Positions 13,903-26,010 of a stretch of 64,000 nucleotides of DNA are shown here, one piece after another. Every line of letters starts with the position of its first letter. Within the stretch, counting starts at the first letter, position 1. Made by a program: the position numbers and the translations under genes. Origin of the DNA: Fimbriosthenelais zetlandica (Eukaryota); the NCBI GenBank assembly GCA_977030845.1, contig OZ365116.1, forward strand, positions 4,216,001-4,280,000, read 5' to 3'. Under the pieces are notes generated by a model that did not search any database, was not told the DNA's origin, and saw only the letters and a list, made by a program, of their open reading frames with translations.

Positions 13903-16900
13903 GTATTAACAGTCGTTATGTTGCTCAATCGTTGGCCATTCAACTCTCGACAGCGAGATTGTGATCGTGTCTGTATTCAACATGAAATGGGAATGAAAAC
14001 AGGTGTTGCAGTGTAGTACACGTCTGCCTCAGGCAGTGAACATTTGACAACCATTTCTGATGGCATCATACGATTAGTCCAGCGATACTTCCCCTAAACC
14101 TGCCCACGCCATGAGGAGGCCCCGTATATTATACATCAAGTTTTCTTATCGTATATCTCAATAACTTGATCGAGGGTGTCTAATCATTGCTCAAACAGTT
14201 CCTGTCAAAGAAAACTATTTCCCCATTTGCAAAGGAATATAAAGGGACATCATTCCTTTGGGAAAGACCTGAACATTCCAGGCCACTAGATCTAGGAAGT
14301 TTAAAAACCGTCAAAATGGCAGACGCCTGATGAAAAGTTCTTTTTATATACTACTTCAGTACATCTGTAGTTTGTGTAAATGACTTTCAGGATGGGAATG
14401 GATTACATGGATCGTCTGACGTTCAATGAATGGCGTCCGTTTAATTAATAGTCCATATATATGCTCCATCTCCATACATTCACGGTCTCTCAGATAGTAT
14501 CTGAAATAACTATAAATATACAATAAACTAAGTATTCATTTAGTAAGCATATAGTGCATGTTATGATGTTAAGAACATTGGGTGTCACTGAGACTTACTT
14601 GCTATTTGATGTGAGGTGATTTGTCTGTAGATTAAGGAGGTACAAGCTGGGAGTTATTGGAGTCTGGTGTCCCACAGACCGCCATTAAATAGATTGTTTG
14701 TGGATGCACCAAGTTGGGGAGTAGAGGCATAACAAATAAATCCAATAAACGGGGAAAATAATGAGGACAAATGAAATCGGAGGTGGACAGTGAGAGGGGA
14801 GAGGGGAGATTGGGCAGCCATCAATCTGTCCTAATTCCTGGCGTTCCCCTCTACTAATTGACTATAGCCAAGAAGCTGCAATTTTTCTCCCATCCATGTA
14901 CCACACTAAACAGACCTGTGATGGATACGAGTGATTTTTGTCTCATTTTATGCCCGTTTTTATGCACCACCATCATTCCTGGCATCATCATAGTTCTCAT
15001 TTGGCCAGATGACCATATCAGTGGTAGCGTACTTATTCATTTGATTCACTTGGTGAATTATGGAGAATTGGCAGTGAAGCATGTGAAAATGGTGAACCCT
15101 ATCATCACAAATTACAACGTGGACATGTTTCCATGCATGTACAAATTGATACAACATTTCCACGGACTTTTTCCCCTTTCTATCCTCTCTCGAACCTCAG
15201 CTGGAGCTCCGACAACCAGTGAACATGTCCATAAACAAGCCCATAACTTATTTAATAACAACTGGGCAAGATATTAAACATTTTATCTCGATTGTCAAGT
15301 CTTGTTTGTGGAGCGAGGCATACTATTGAACGAAAGCAAATGTTGTGCTTAAAGATCTTTAGTCTACATTATGAAGACCATATGTTTGTGGTTAGACCAA
15401 TACAAAAATCCGTCCAATTTTTGTTGTAAGCCAAATCTGAGCGCTCCATACACTAAGGTCTACCTGATATACTAATGTTGCCAAGCTCTTGGCAACTGTT
15501 GAAAACTGAGGGACATGACTAAAGGAAGAAAAATAAGAATAAAAAATCATATGTGGGGCTGTGCCAAAATGCGGTCAGAAATCTAAGAGAACTTTGTTCA
15601 GGGGCTTGTATTGATGTGGCGGGAAAGAGAAAGTTGGGCGGATGGGTGAGGGTTGATTGTAGAGTGAGAGACAGCAGACAATGAGACATGATTGTTGACG
15701 AGTTAGATCTTTTCTCGTGAGGATACATTGTCTCTCACTTTCTACGTACAGTGGCCTTTAACTTTAAAAGCTTTGGGACTTATGCTGCTCTCCATGGTTC
15801 AAAAAACAAAGCTTTGGATTACCTAATGATTTAGAATTTACTTTATTGCCTTCTAGTCTTCTAGTCATTTGTATGAAGAAACTGTTGCGGGTGTGTGACC
15901 CTTCATATACTGTGGAGAAGTTGTTCATCTCTGACGGTCCACACCTTCTGTCAGGAAGTCTAATGTATTCCTAAATGCTCACTGACAGCCTTGAACTGTG
16001 GCTATTCCCATCGTGGACTTAACACACCTGAACGTCAAGGCAATCATGTGAACACTTTAACCTACACTTATAGTCATGGATTCTCTACCTTCACCTCCAA
16101 CCCCTTCCTCACTTCCCATCCTCAGGGTTTCCTTTTGTCATTAATTATTCTCTATCACATTAATTAACATAGACAACTGCAATGTACCTATAGTTATAGC
16201 CTAACCAAATGCATTATACCAGTCCAAGTACCATATATCTGCTTAGGTAAATGGAGGTATATTGAACAACCAATCTTTGCCGAGGCAGGCATTTATTGGA
16301 AAGAATATTCAGTGGAGGATTTTACATTTACCCTGCTATATGATGACCCATCTCCACCAATGTATACCGTATATAAATGAACGGTGAAGTTGTATGTACC
16401 AAGTCTGAGACATTAAATCAGGGGATATGCGTATATACACACACTCAGTCATTGACTCTGTGATGGAATATGTATATAGAAACAGTGTAATTCAGCACAC
16501 CCTATAGTTCTCCCTGTAAGGGAGTTGCCCAAGCAAACACTGCCTTCTAGCCCGCTTATCACCACTTCTCTGATATGACAGTTTGTGATATGACAGTCGC
16601 CTACTGTCTGAGCACTCTGGTCGTAAGTGACTTCTGATGTCAGTTGGCTGTGAATACAGGGATCACAACTCCCGGCATGTGTAGATGTTGTCGGGACTCC
16701 ACTGCTGTGATTTTGCTTGCAACATCTGCGACCTTATTTTTTTGCACATCGCGAGGCTGCAGAACGGCCTTCTTAGGCCTGTTTTGGCTGCTCTTTTCAG
16801 TCTAACAGGCAGTTTTGGAGCTGCTTTTTCTTCTCAGGCTTGGACACTCCAACCACAATCATCTCTTTTGTCGCAGTAGTGTTGCAAGGAAAATGGCAGT

Positions 16901-19900
16901 ATTGGAGGACCAACTTTTTTTTTTTTTTAAATTTGATGGCCTACTGCACTGCACCGCTATGGGATGTTTATCCTCATAGGCCACCTCTTCCCTTCCTGCA
17001 GCATCTGATGCTGCTGTAGTACATGCAGTTTCTGATAAGCTTATATTTGAAGCTAAACTTAAATACATATCCACATTCGCTGAATCAACCTCTGCAAAGT
17101 TCTCAGTTGTTTGTGTCTCACCAAGTCTCAGATGTCTAGGTCCTATTCTGTAGATCCCTCTTGCCGTATAGAGGCCTGTATATATATTCTTGAAATATGA
17201 GCAAACTTAACTTCCTCTACTAGAATCTTGTTCTCAATTAGCTGGATGTCATCTAGTCATCGGAGAAATTACATCTCCCTGCTTTCATTTCATATCATAT
17301 GTTGGATTGCCATCTAGCCATCAGAGAAATCAGAATAATATGAGTCATCTGGCAATCTGAAGATTTTCAGACTAATACTTGGTTAATCTGCCATGTAACA
17401 TGAGGCCTCCTGAGATCGCTGCTGTCAGTTTGGTCAGTCTGTTCATTCCTTGATGGCAAGGTCAAGGTCATCTTTATATAGGTCATGTGTTGAGACCCTA
17501 CATGAGTATGATTTCTGTCAATGTGTGTACGACAATCTCGGATTTCGTTCGCTCTGCAGACTAATGCTTTTCTAAGGCTGCTGATTGGCAAATGAAATGG
17601 CAATTTAAGTAGGTACAACAACAATATGGAAGACCTACTATTAATGGTTAGAAAGATATGACAAAAAAGGTCTAAATCTCAGGAATGCTCGTTTTCTTTG
17701 CTGACCTTGACCTTTGACGAGACTGGCAGTTTCGTATCAGGGAGTCAGAGGAACAAAATGGCAACCTCTATTTTTGGTAATGGGTGCATCTCAAAGCGCC
17801 TCTGCTGCAGTACTATATAGCATAGAACATGTAGCCATTCTCTGAAACTTGTCCATGCAAGACATGAAGGATTCAAGTCCTACAAAGGAATATTATCAGA
17901 TTATAATGAATGTCGTTGTATTGTGATGGATCAGATGGTAAAAAAATAACCACATTTACTGCTGAGGTTTAATGATTGATATATCCCGCCACATCAGACC
18001 TTGACTGAGGCCGAGTAGATGTGAAATATTGATCCCATTCACATCTATTGATGGATTGGATCAATGACTAAAAGAGAATATTCTATGCTAAGTCTATTTC
18101 CAGGCAGACCAGAGTGAAAATTTAACCAACGTGCCATTCCCTGGGTGGTGTGGGGAGGCTGCGAGATTATTTTTTCCCTTGGGAATCTATGAAGGGGATG
18201 GAAATAGCTGTAGTAATTTATTCAATTAGGAGGAGGCTGGGTCAGTCCCATGCACCTCCGAGGCATCCTGTTAATACTTTGAGGTAAGAAGAGAGAATTC
18301 ATCTCAGTGGGAAGAAACAAAGAAGAAAGTGTGATGCTCAGAGGCGTGATGTTCAGGGTTTACATCTCATTATCAATATTCTCAAGGTCCAAAGGGATGA
18401 ATAGATTACTCGGTGGCCTTTGACAGATATCTTTAATATTGATGTAAGACAAAATGATTAGTGCATCTTGTGGGGGTTTCTGGTCCTCTAGGGGACTTTT
18501 GATGATTGCTTTAATGAGTCTTGGGTCGCTAGGTACCAGCTCTGGTGCTCAAGGTGCCAGGATGCTCGTTACAATGACATGCACCCCCATCTTACACTGA
18601 CTGACATCTTACAGTGTCACATGCGACGACAAGGATGTTGTCCACAGCATCCAAACCTTCAGATATACTTGCTAGTCATCAATTGAGTTTCATTGGGGAA
18701 TCGCTATTCCATTGGAATGGTTAAGCTAGGGTCTCCCCATTCCCTCTCACTGTCCCTCATTCATCCCTTTCTGTCCTCCGACCCCCGATACGATGTTTGC
18801 CAGTGACAGATATTTGTTGCAGAACTGATCCTGTCTGAACACAAACCAAGAGCAGCCCAATTAACCCAGCAGTATAGGTACATGACAGATGATGGCAGCA
18901 GCTCGGCCAGCCTGATAAATGGTGTTAATCAGCAGTCTGAAGGCTGAATCACAAGGTTCAAGCTGTAGAAATACACCAGAATCCCTGCATCTGCAGGAAA
19001 AGCCATCTTTGAAGCCACTTAAGAAGCCATGTAATCAGCCTGAGGTCCAGTGCTGCCAGTCAGCCCCGCCTCCCTTCACACCATCCTATACATAGTGTTG
19101 ACATACAGGTCGATGCTGCTTAAAGTTTGATTTCTTTATTTCAAGCCCCCGGGATTATGAGATCCATGGGGAATTGGTTTGTCACACTTTCAGACGCAGA
19201 CTGTGAATTTCCATTAAGATATGGATTGTCTTACTTACATTGAGAAAAAGCACTCAATCACTTACATTTCTAGGCAATCTTTTTTCTGTATTATATAAAA
19301 TGCAATCTTTGTTTTGATGCATCCATAGCAGTATAATTTAGCACTGTTCATAAGAATTAATCATTTAGAAAAGTGAACCTTCTCAGTTAAGTTATGGCAT
19401 TTATTGAATCCACCCTCACCACTTGCCCAAATCCGGCAGCATTGCCTACTATTCTCTTGAAGTAACAGGCCTTTTCTCTGGGATTATGCTCACGAAGAAA
19501 AGCCAGGGTTGATTAATGTGAACTCTGTCTGCTGATCAGTCAAACCTTACTCATTGATCAGGCAAAACTTGCCTGATTAACTGTCATCGTTGGTGGCCAT
19601 CAAAGCATTCTCCGCCCTACCTGTCTCCGTTACCCATCTTATCTCAGCTGTCCGCCAGGGGAGCTATAAGCTGTAGATGGGAGGGCTGCTCTCTGGCTGA
19701 TCAGATTAGATCCTTTGAGGTGCGTCTTGGGGTCATTAATTAAAGGTAGTCTCCACATACACCCCCTGATTACCATGTTAGATGTTTGTCATCAGATGTT
19801 GTTGAGGAAGCCTCCTGCCCGTTCCAGATCTTCCCTTTGTGATCTGGTTGCTATGTAGAATGGTGTCAGGAAGTTTGGTTCCTCTGTTCTTGGACATCTA

Positions 19901-20762
19901 CAAGCCATTAGTGTCCGTGTTGGTCACGGAGGTTACCTTGGAGCGCGGGGTCATTATCTAATTATCATGATAGGTTGTGTCTCTCTGTCTTGGGGATGAT
20001 TGGAGCAGGGTCTTGTTGGCCATTCTGGGTGCATGTTCTTTGTTGTATGTAGAAGCACCTCATTGTATGTCCTAACAAAGGCCTCTTTCCCTGCCTTCAT
20101 ATTACTTGCTCAGGGCCCTGAACAATGTATAAAACATAGTATCAAGATGTATATGATCATCTAGTAAGTTGTGGTGCCAACGTTTGACATCGTCTCATGC
20201 TTAGCTTTCAAATCATTACTGTGTACACAAAAATAGCTACAATATGAGAATGTCATCAATGCGGTATCATTTTATTACTTTAACATAAATATCCTGAGGG
20301 GATGGAGATGAGAAGGTTGAAGACTTGAGTTTTAAAGCGTTGTTCTGGGTCTGTACAGCTCATATCTGTCCTCGGGTTTTGCTTGTCAAAGGGAGAGTGG
20401 TTCAGGAAGTAAGCCAGCCTTCCAGTTAGATGTATCACTCGTCTTTTGCCTTTACCTGACTATAGTCCATTCCCCGCCAACCATCACCCTCACATACACC
20501 TTGTAAGCAAGATTTCCAAATAGTAAATTCTGACTATAAACAAGAATACCCTCTGTACTCTACTATCCTTGTAGTGTATCTTTGCTATGAATGACAGTCA
20601 TCTTGAATGGTTTTGATATACAAACTCCAGTCAGTCATGGCTGATGGTATATGTCTGTCCAAAGCTTATTGTTACAAAGTTTGGTTGGACAGACTGTAGG
20701 AAGACTATCTGATCGATCATTAACCACTCAGTGATGCATATAGAAAGCTCCAGAGGAACCCC

Positions 20763-20786
20763 GGGGGAAGGGGGGAGGGTGGGGGG
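20763..20786 (+). other. Canonical G-quadruplex motif
   Basis: G5-AA-G6-A-G3-T-G6. Confidence 0.7.
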
Positions 20787-23700
20787 ATCATTATAAAAGG
20801 ATACAGCTCCAGGCTTTCTATAGCTTGCTCTCTCTATCGCCTTCTACCAGGACAAATGGAATGTATTCACAGCTTGTATATGTCCTAATCAATTCCCATT
20901 TACCACGAAAGTAAACATAGAAAAGATATCCTCTACAGAAATATATGATACAAAAACGTAATGAAGTAATGAGGGAAAGGCTGGAAGAGAGGAAGAGACA
21001 TGTGTTCAGAATATTGTACACGTGGAATATTATGACTTATGGAAACTTATGACTTCCTAAACCAATTTGTGTTGCCCAGAATGACTGAATCCAGAATGCC
21101 TGAGAATCAAACATTAATAATTCTAAATTTTGGCTACATTATGGGCGTTTTCTCTATCGCATAAGCTATCTTAACTGCTCTGTAGTGGTCTGTCGTGGTA
21201 GTGGAGGCTCCGTTTTAGGAGATGAATAATGTGTTTGTGGGAGATTATCGTTTCTTTATTCTGGTCCTCCAACATATTCCGCCTGAGCCGCTCTGGTTTC
21301 AGGCTTGTTTTCTTAATCATTCCCCTTGTCAAATGGAGGGTTAATAATGAGGCAGCTATTGGTGGATCTTCTCTCCTCTGTAGCCTCCACCAGCCTCCAG
21401 GTACCCTCTCGTCTATTGGGTTTTCCTTCGCCTTCCCCAGGCTATCCTTCTGTGTGGAGCTTTGTCATCCCTTCTTGCTTCTGTCTCCATCAAAACTTTG
21501 CTAACCAGTCCTTGTATCTCTTACTTTTCTTTTGTTTTTCTTTCTCAATCATCCTTTCAAGTTCTTCTGCTCAGGTTTAGCCTTGTCCTTCCTGCTCCTC
21601 TTCTTTCCATTTTCCTCTCTCATTCCTTCCCTCATCGATGCATCCCAGGTCTTTTTCCTCTTCATTTCTAAGCCGCAGCCAGGACTGGATCTCTCGATAA
21701 CAAGATAATATTCCTCTACCCAGCTACTCCTCAGAGATTCCCCCAAACTCCCTCCTTCATTATCTCTCTCTTGGAAGGAAGCCTCTCCTTCAGTAAATGC
21801 ACTTTTCGGGCAATCCTTCCCCAAGAACGCCGCATCACGTCTACTAAATATCAAGTGCTTCACGTGGACCACTGCACGTTTTGCTAATTTGAGATAATTT
21901 AAGGCTTAAAATCCAAATAACGGCCCTTCTCACCAATCTCTCTCCCCCTTATCCGTCTTCTTCCACTTGGATTTTAATCTCGCGTGGCCTTGACAGAGAC
22001 ACTCTTGCAAGAGAAAGAGTTTCTTCACGTAAAAGTTTCTTAAAACCTTAGCAATGAAGTACCTTGATCATTTTGATCTTTGCGTCATTGTGATCTTTGA
22101 AATTGTTCAAATCAGTGACGACTGAATATATTACCCCTCAATTTATTGCAATGATATTGACGTATCATATGTAGGGTTGGATATTCCATGGCTGGTAAAA
22201 AGAAGGAATGAACCATTGGCCTTTTAGCACGAGAGTTGGCTGGTGATGACAAGGAAAGCATTGGTGAGCAGGGTTGTATAGGTAGGAACAGATGATTGAT
22301 GAGAGAGAATAGATTTAGAGTAGATCACTGTGATAGATTGTCCAACTCTGACTCAACCAAGTAGGAGAGACCAACAGCGAGGGGTCAGACTGGAGCCAAA
22401 GATATATCACATATCCCAGTGTTAGAATATCACCAGTGGTTTTTTTTAAAGTTAGAAACTAAGTTAGGGCTGGGCTGGAGGCACATGCAGCGCTCCATTT
22501 TCTCTACTAGCAAAGTTTTATGTAAACTCATTTTGGGCTCTTCCCCATCTCCCGTCTGATCGATTAGGGCGAGGAGAGAAGCTGGGAGTTAGTTATAAAT
22601 GATGGCCGGGTATATGTCAAGTGTGTCTGGACCAGTAATGGTGTTGAGACGTGAAAAAATAAATCACAATATACATCTCTGTGTATGGGGGTGTTGTCTG
22701 AATAAAGGGACAATAGAAAGGGCTCAATATTAAAACTAGGATACACACAACTGACAAGATGACATTAACAAATGTAAATTCCAATTTGATTTGTCAGTTG
22801 CTATCAAATTTCAATTAGGGGCTGTGACACACACCCCAAGTCCAATTTCCCCGAGACCTCTAAATATACATGTCATGAGAACTGCTCATGCCCAAATAGT
22901 GATGCATGTCGCTGTCAAACCAGAGACAGCCTTCCCATGAAAAAGAGTCCATCTCTGGACAATTTTACTCCCCTGCCAGCCACTTCCGAGTGGTGAAATC
23001 CAACAAGCTCACATATCCCAGAAGGTCAAGCCCCCACCAGAACGAACAGAGAACGAACAGCGCCGACCGCCAAAGAAAACTTGTCCCGATTGAAATAGTA
23101 CAGAGCAAAATCAATGGTAAGGGGGCGAGTCGCGGCCATCACTCGTCACTGGGGCTGGGGTGTTGGAGTGGGGGGAGAAGGCAATGAGTCCTGTGAATAG
23201 GAGACTCTATTTATGAAGCTGTAGATCTCAGGGACGACCCACAGACTGGGTGGCGGCCTTTGTGAGCTGTCAATGCTGCTTAAACGCACCCATACTTCTT
23301 CACTTATCTGTATTTGGGGGTTCTTGAAAGGTCAGATACTTCTACAACAATAGGATCCTTCAATCATACCATCTCCCCTGAAGGCACAAAGTAAAGTTAT
23401 GACATGTTGGGGGAGCTAGTACTATAACTGCACCTTATGGCAGGAGCAGACTGTCAACGTCTCCAGTTGCTTGCGTTTTTCTTGTCATGCGACTTAAGAA
23501 AAACGACACCAATCGAATGAGTGCAGCAATTAGATTTAGTGCAGCCTAGAGTTGCAGAGGCTATGTTGTCGCTTGATTTAGGCGTGCAAACTTGCGGCTT
23601 TAATAGTGGGCACAAATACACAGACCAAGACATGTATAAAAAATGTCAGGTGCCATGAACGCTACAGCAAAAACCCCTTATGGTATGTACAAGCCATTAT

Positions 23701-25696
23701 ACTTGTCTCCTGCACACTGGTTTAAAAACAAGTAACATTTAATCAGTCACACTGAATCATTTGAATCACATCAGAACTGAAATTGTGGCCATCTTCTAGA
23801 TGAATTGATTAGATTATACAAGTAATTAAATTATTTATCATCCTGGCATTCAGATAGATTCATCTGACTTTAGCAATCCTTGATTTTATTTATGATATTC
23901 GACCTGGATTCGCATTTATGTGAATTGCTCACTACCGGACTTCGTTATCCCCAGTTCAGGAAATAATCAATACTGATATGGAATGTATTTATGGGATGCA
24001 ACCCAAGTAGATCATTTTTTTCTGATTTATTTCGTGGCTTCGAATGGTCACTTGATGATAGGGTATCCTATAAAGTCCTCCATCCCCACATTTATATCAC
24101 ATGATGCGGCGTCCAGATCCATCACAATTACTACAACTGGAAGGCCTGAAGCTGAGAAGAAAAACTCAGAGGATTGACAATTGAACCTTGTCCTTGAAAG
24201 GCACCGATAACTTTTTGAATTTTATTTCATATATCTGAATTCAGACTGCAAATTAAATGTGTAGAAACTATAGTTTGGTACTGTACGTTTTGAGTTGAAT
24301 TGAAAATATATAAGTACAATGAGTAGTTCTTTTTATGTATCCTTTCTTCAATTTCTTGCGAATAACATCACATTTAATTTCTATGGTTGTATGAATGGTT
24401 TTGCATGCATATGTCAGAGAATAATTTGTAGGTTCTCAGAGCCAACATCATCCCCCTAATGTTTCATCACTTAGCTATCATATAGTTATATGTACCCCTC
24501 TTTTCACAATACATCGATATCATTGTATTTGTTACCAGTCTGAATGAGACAAAAATAGACTTGAAAAGATGAAAAAGTAAGTGGAGTCCATTATACTGTG
24601 GATTTTAATGTTGTGCGGTATTATTGACATCAGTCACTGGGCGCCTGGAGGGTAGGAACAGAAGGAGGTGGCATTGTGTGTGTTGACAGAGAGTGGTGTG
24701 ACTGGTTCAATATAAATGTTCAACGGTCACTGACTCTCTATCAATCATTACTCTCACTCACGCCTCGCGATAAGAGACCTGGCCCTGGGACATCTGCCGC
24801 CATTGTGGAATGGGTCAGAAAATCTATGACGAATGATCATAGAGCTGCTCAATGCTGAGATGGGGAACAAAGAGAAGGCTCCCGTCAAGTGAGACGACGG
24901 AGGAGGGAAGAGGCAGGAGGGATACAAGAGGTAGGGTGAGATGGAGGGGGAAAGGACACACCCTCAAGGGATGAGATCCCACAGGGGTGTTTGAGTGGGG
25001 GAATTCAAGTGGAGAAAGTAGAAAGAGAGGGTGAGAAGGAGACGCAGTGGGTGGGGCCCTCCAGCAGTCCCCAGCTGTCAATCATGCTCTCACAAAGACA
25101 TGTGGTTTATCCTTAACATTAACCTCTCCCCACATCTTCAAAAGATGGCCTGGAATTGTTTTCTCAAACGCTTGTCCATGTGGGTTTGGAGTGGCAGTTT
25201 TCACTCCCCAGTATTTTCAAATGTGTTTAAACTATTACACCATATGACATAGAAATCTGTTCTTCATTTAAGTAGCATATTTTAGTGAGCACAACCTTCC
25301 ATCTGAACTTTATCAAATGCTTTTCTGAATCCCCAATGCCACTTGTGCATTGAATACAGGTGCATGCACAATGTGCAATATAACAGTTCACAGCCGATAC
25401 TACTACTGACTGGGTCAAAGGTGGACATTCTGTTTCCTACCATTCCCATAACCCCATCATGGCAGATCTCATAACCCTGAGCGAGAAAATTGAAATCTCA
25501 ACGGGGAACCAAGCAGAGGCATGCTTTCCAAATGTGAAGCTATTATTATGTTAGTAACTGATCGAGTTATCATCTGCTGCCAGAAGGTAGCGTAAGTGAG
25601 CTCTAAATAAACTATGATACAAATATGACATAGTATACATGTTATGTGATTCCTTGCAACTGCTTTTTTCATTTTTGAATATTTCCAATATTGTTT

Positions 25697-25765
25697 CTAA
25701 CGTTTATTTCTTCTTTTTTTCAGGTAAGCATCTTAAAAATTATCAAAAGTCGGAGAAGGGTGAGT
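25697..25765 (+). other. Recursive splice site RS2 with 36-nt cryptic/alternative exon (25724-25759)
   Basis: CTAAC at 25697-25701, then GTTTATTTCTTCTTTTTTTCAG|GTAAGC (junction 25723/25724). About 88 nt upstream are free of AG. Second donor AAGG|GTGAGT at 25760. Confidence 0.8.
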
Positions 25766-25997
25766 TTTCTAGTATTCATAATAAAGTAATCAAGGATGGA
25801 AAAATGCCCTCAACATCTGCAATATGGTTAAAATGACATCGAGACTATATATATAATAATAGATGGGATGTTATGTTTCGATAGTCGGGATAATGTCCCA
25901 ATATCTGCAGCATGTTGATCTGATATGGTTATAACTCAGACATCAGTGTGATAAACAATAGATCCATGTGGCCATAGAAAACAATGAGACGGCTGTG

Positions 25998-26010
25998 TGA
26001 CCTTTGACCT
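25998..26010 (-). promoter_or_regulatory. Perfect DR1 nuclear-receptor motif (AGGTCAAAGGTCA)
   Basis: TGACCTTTGACCT on the + strand. Motif match only; function not shown. Confidence 0.3.

Noticed and set aside
14858-15277. 139-aa ORF, and the similar-sized ORFs at 28798, 33119, 47456 and 60640
   Set aside because: No recognisable domain or matching splice structure; lengths are as expected by chance in 64 kb.
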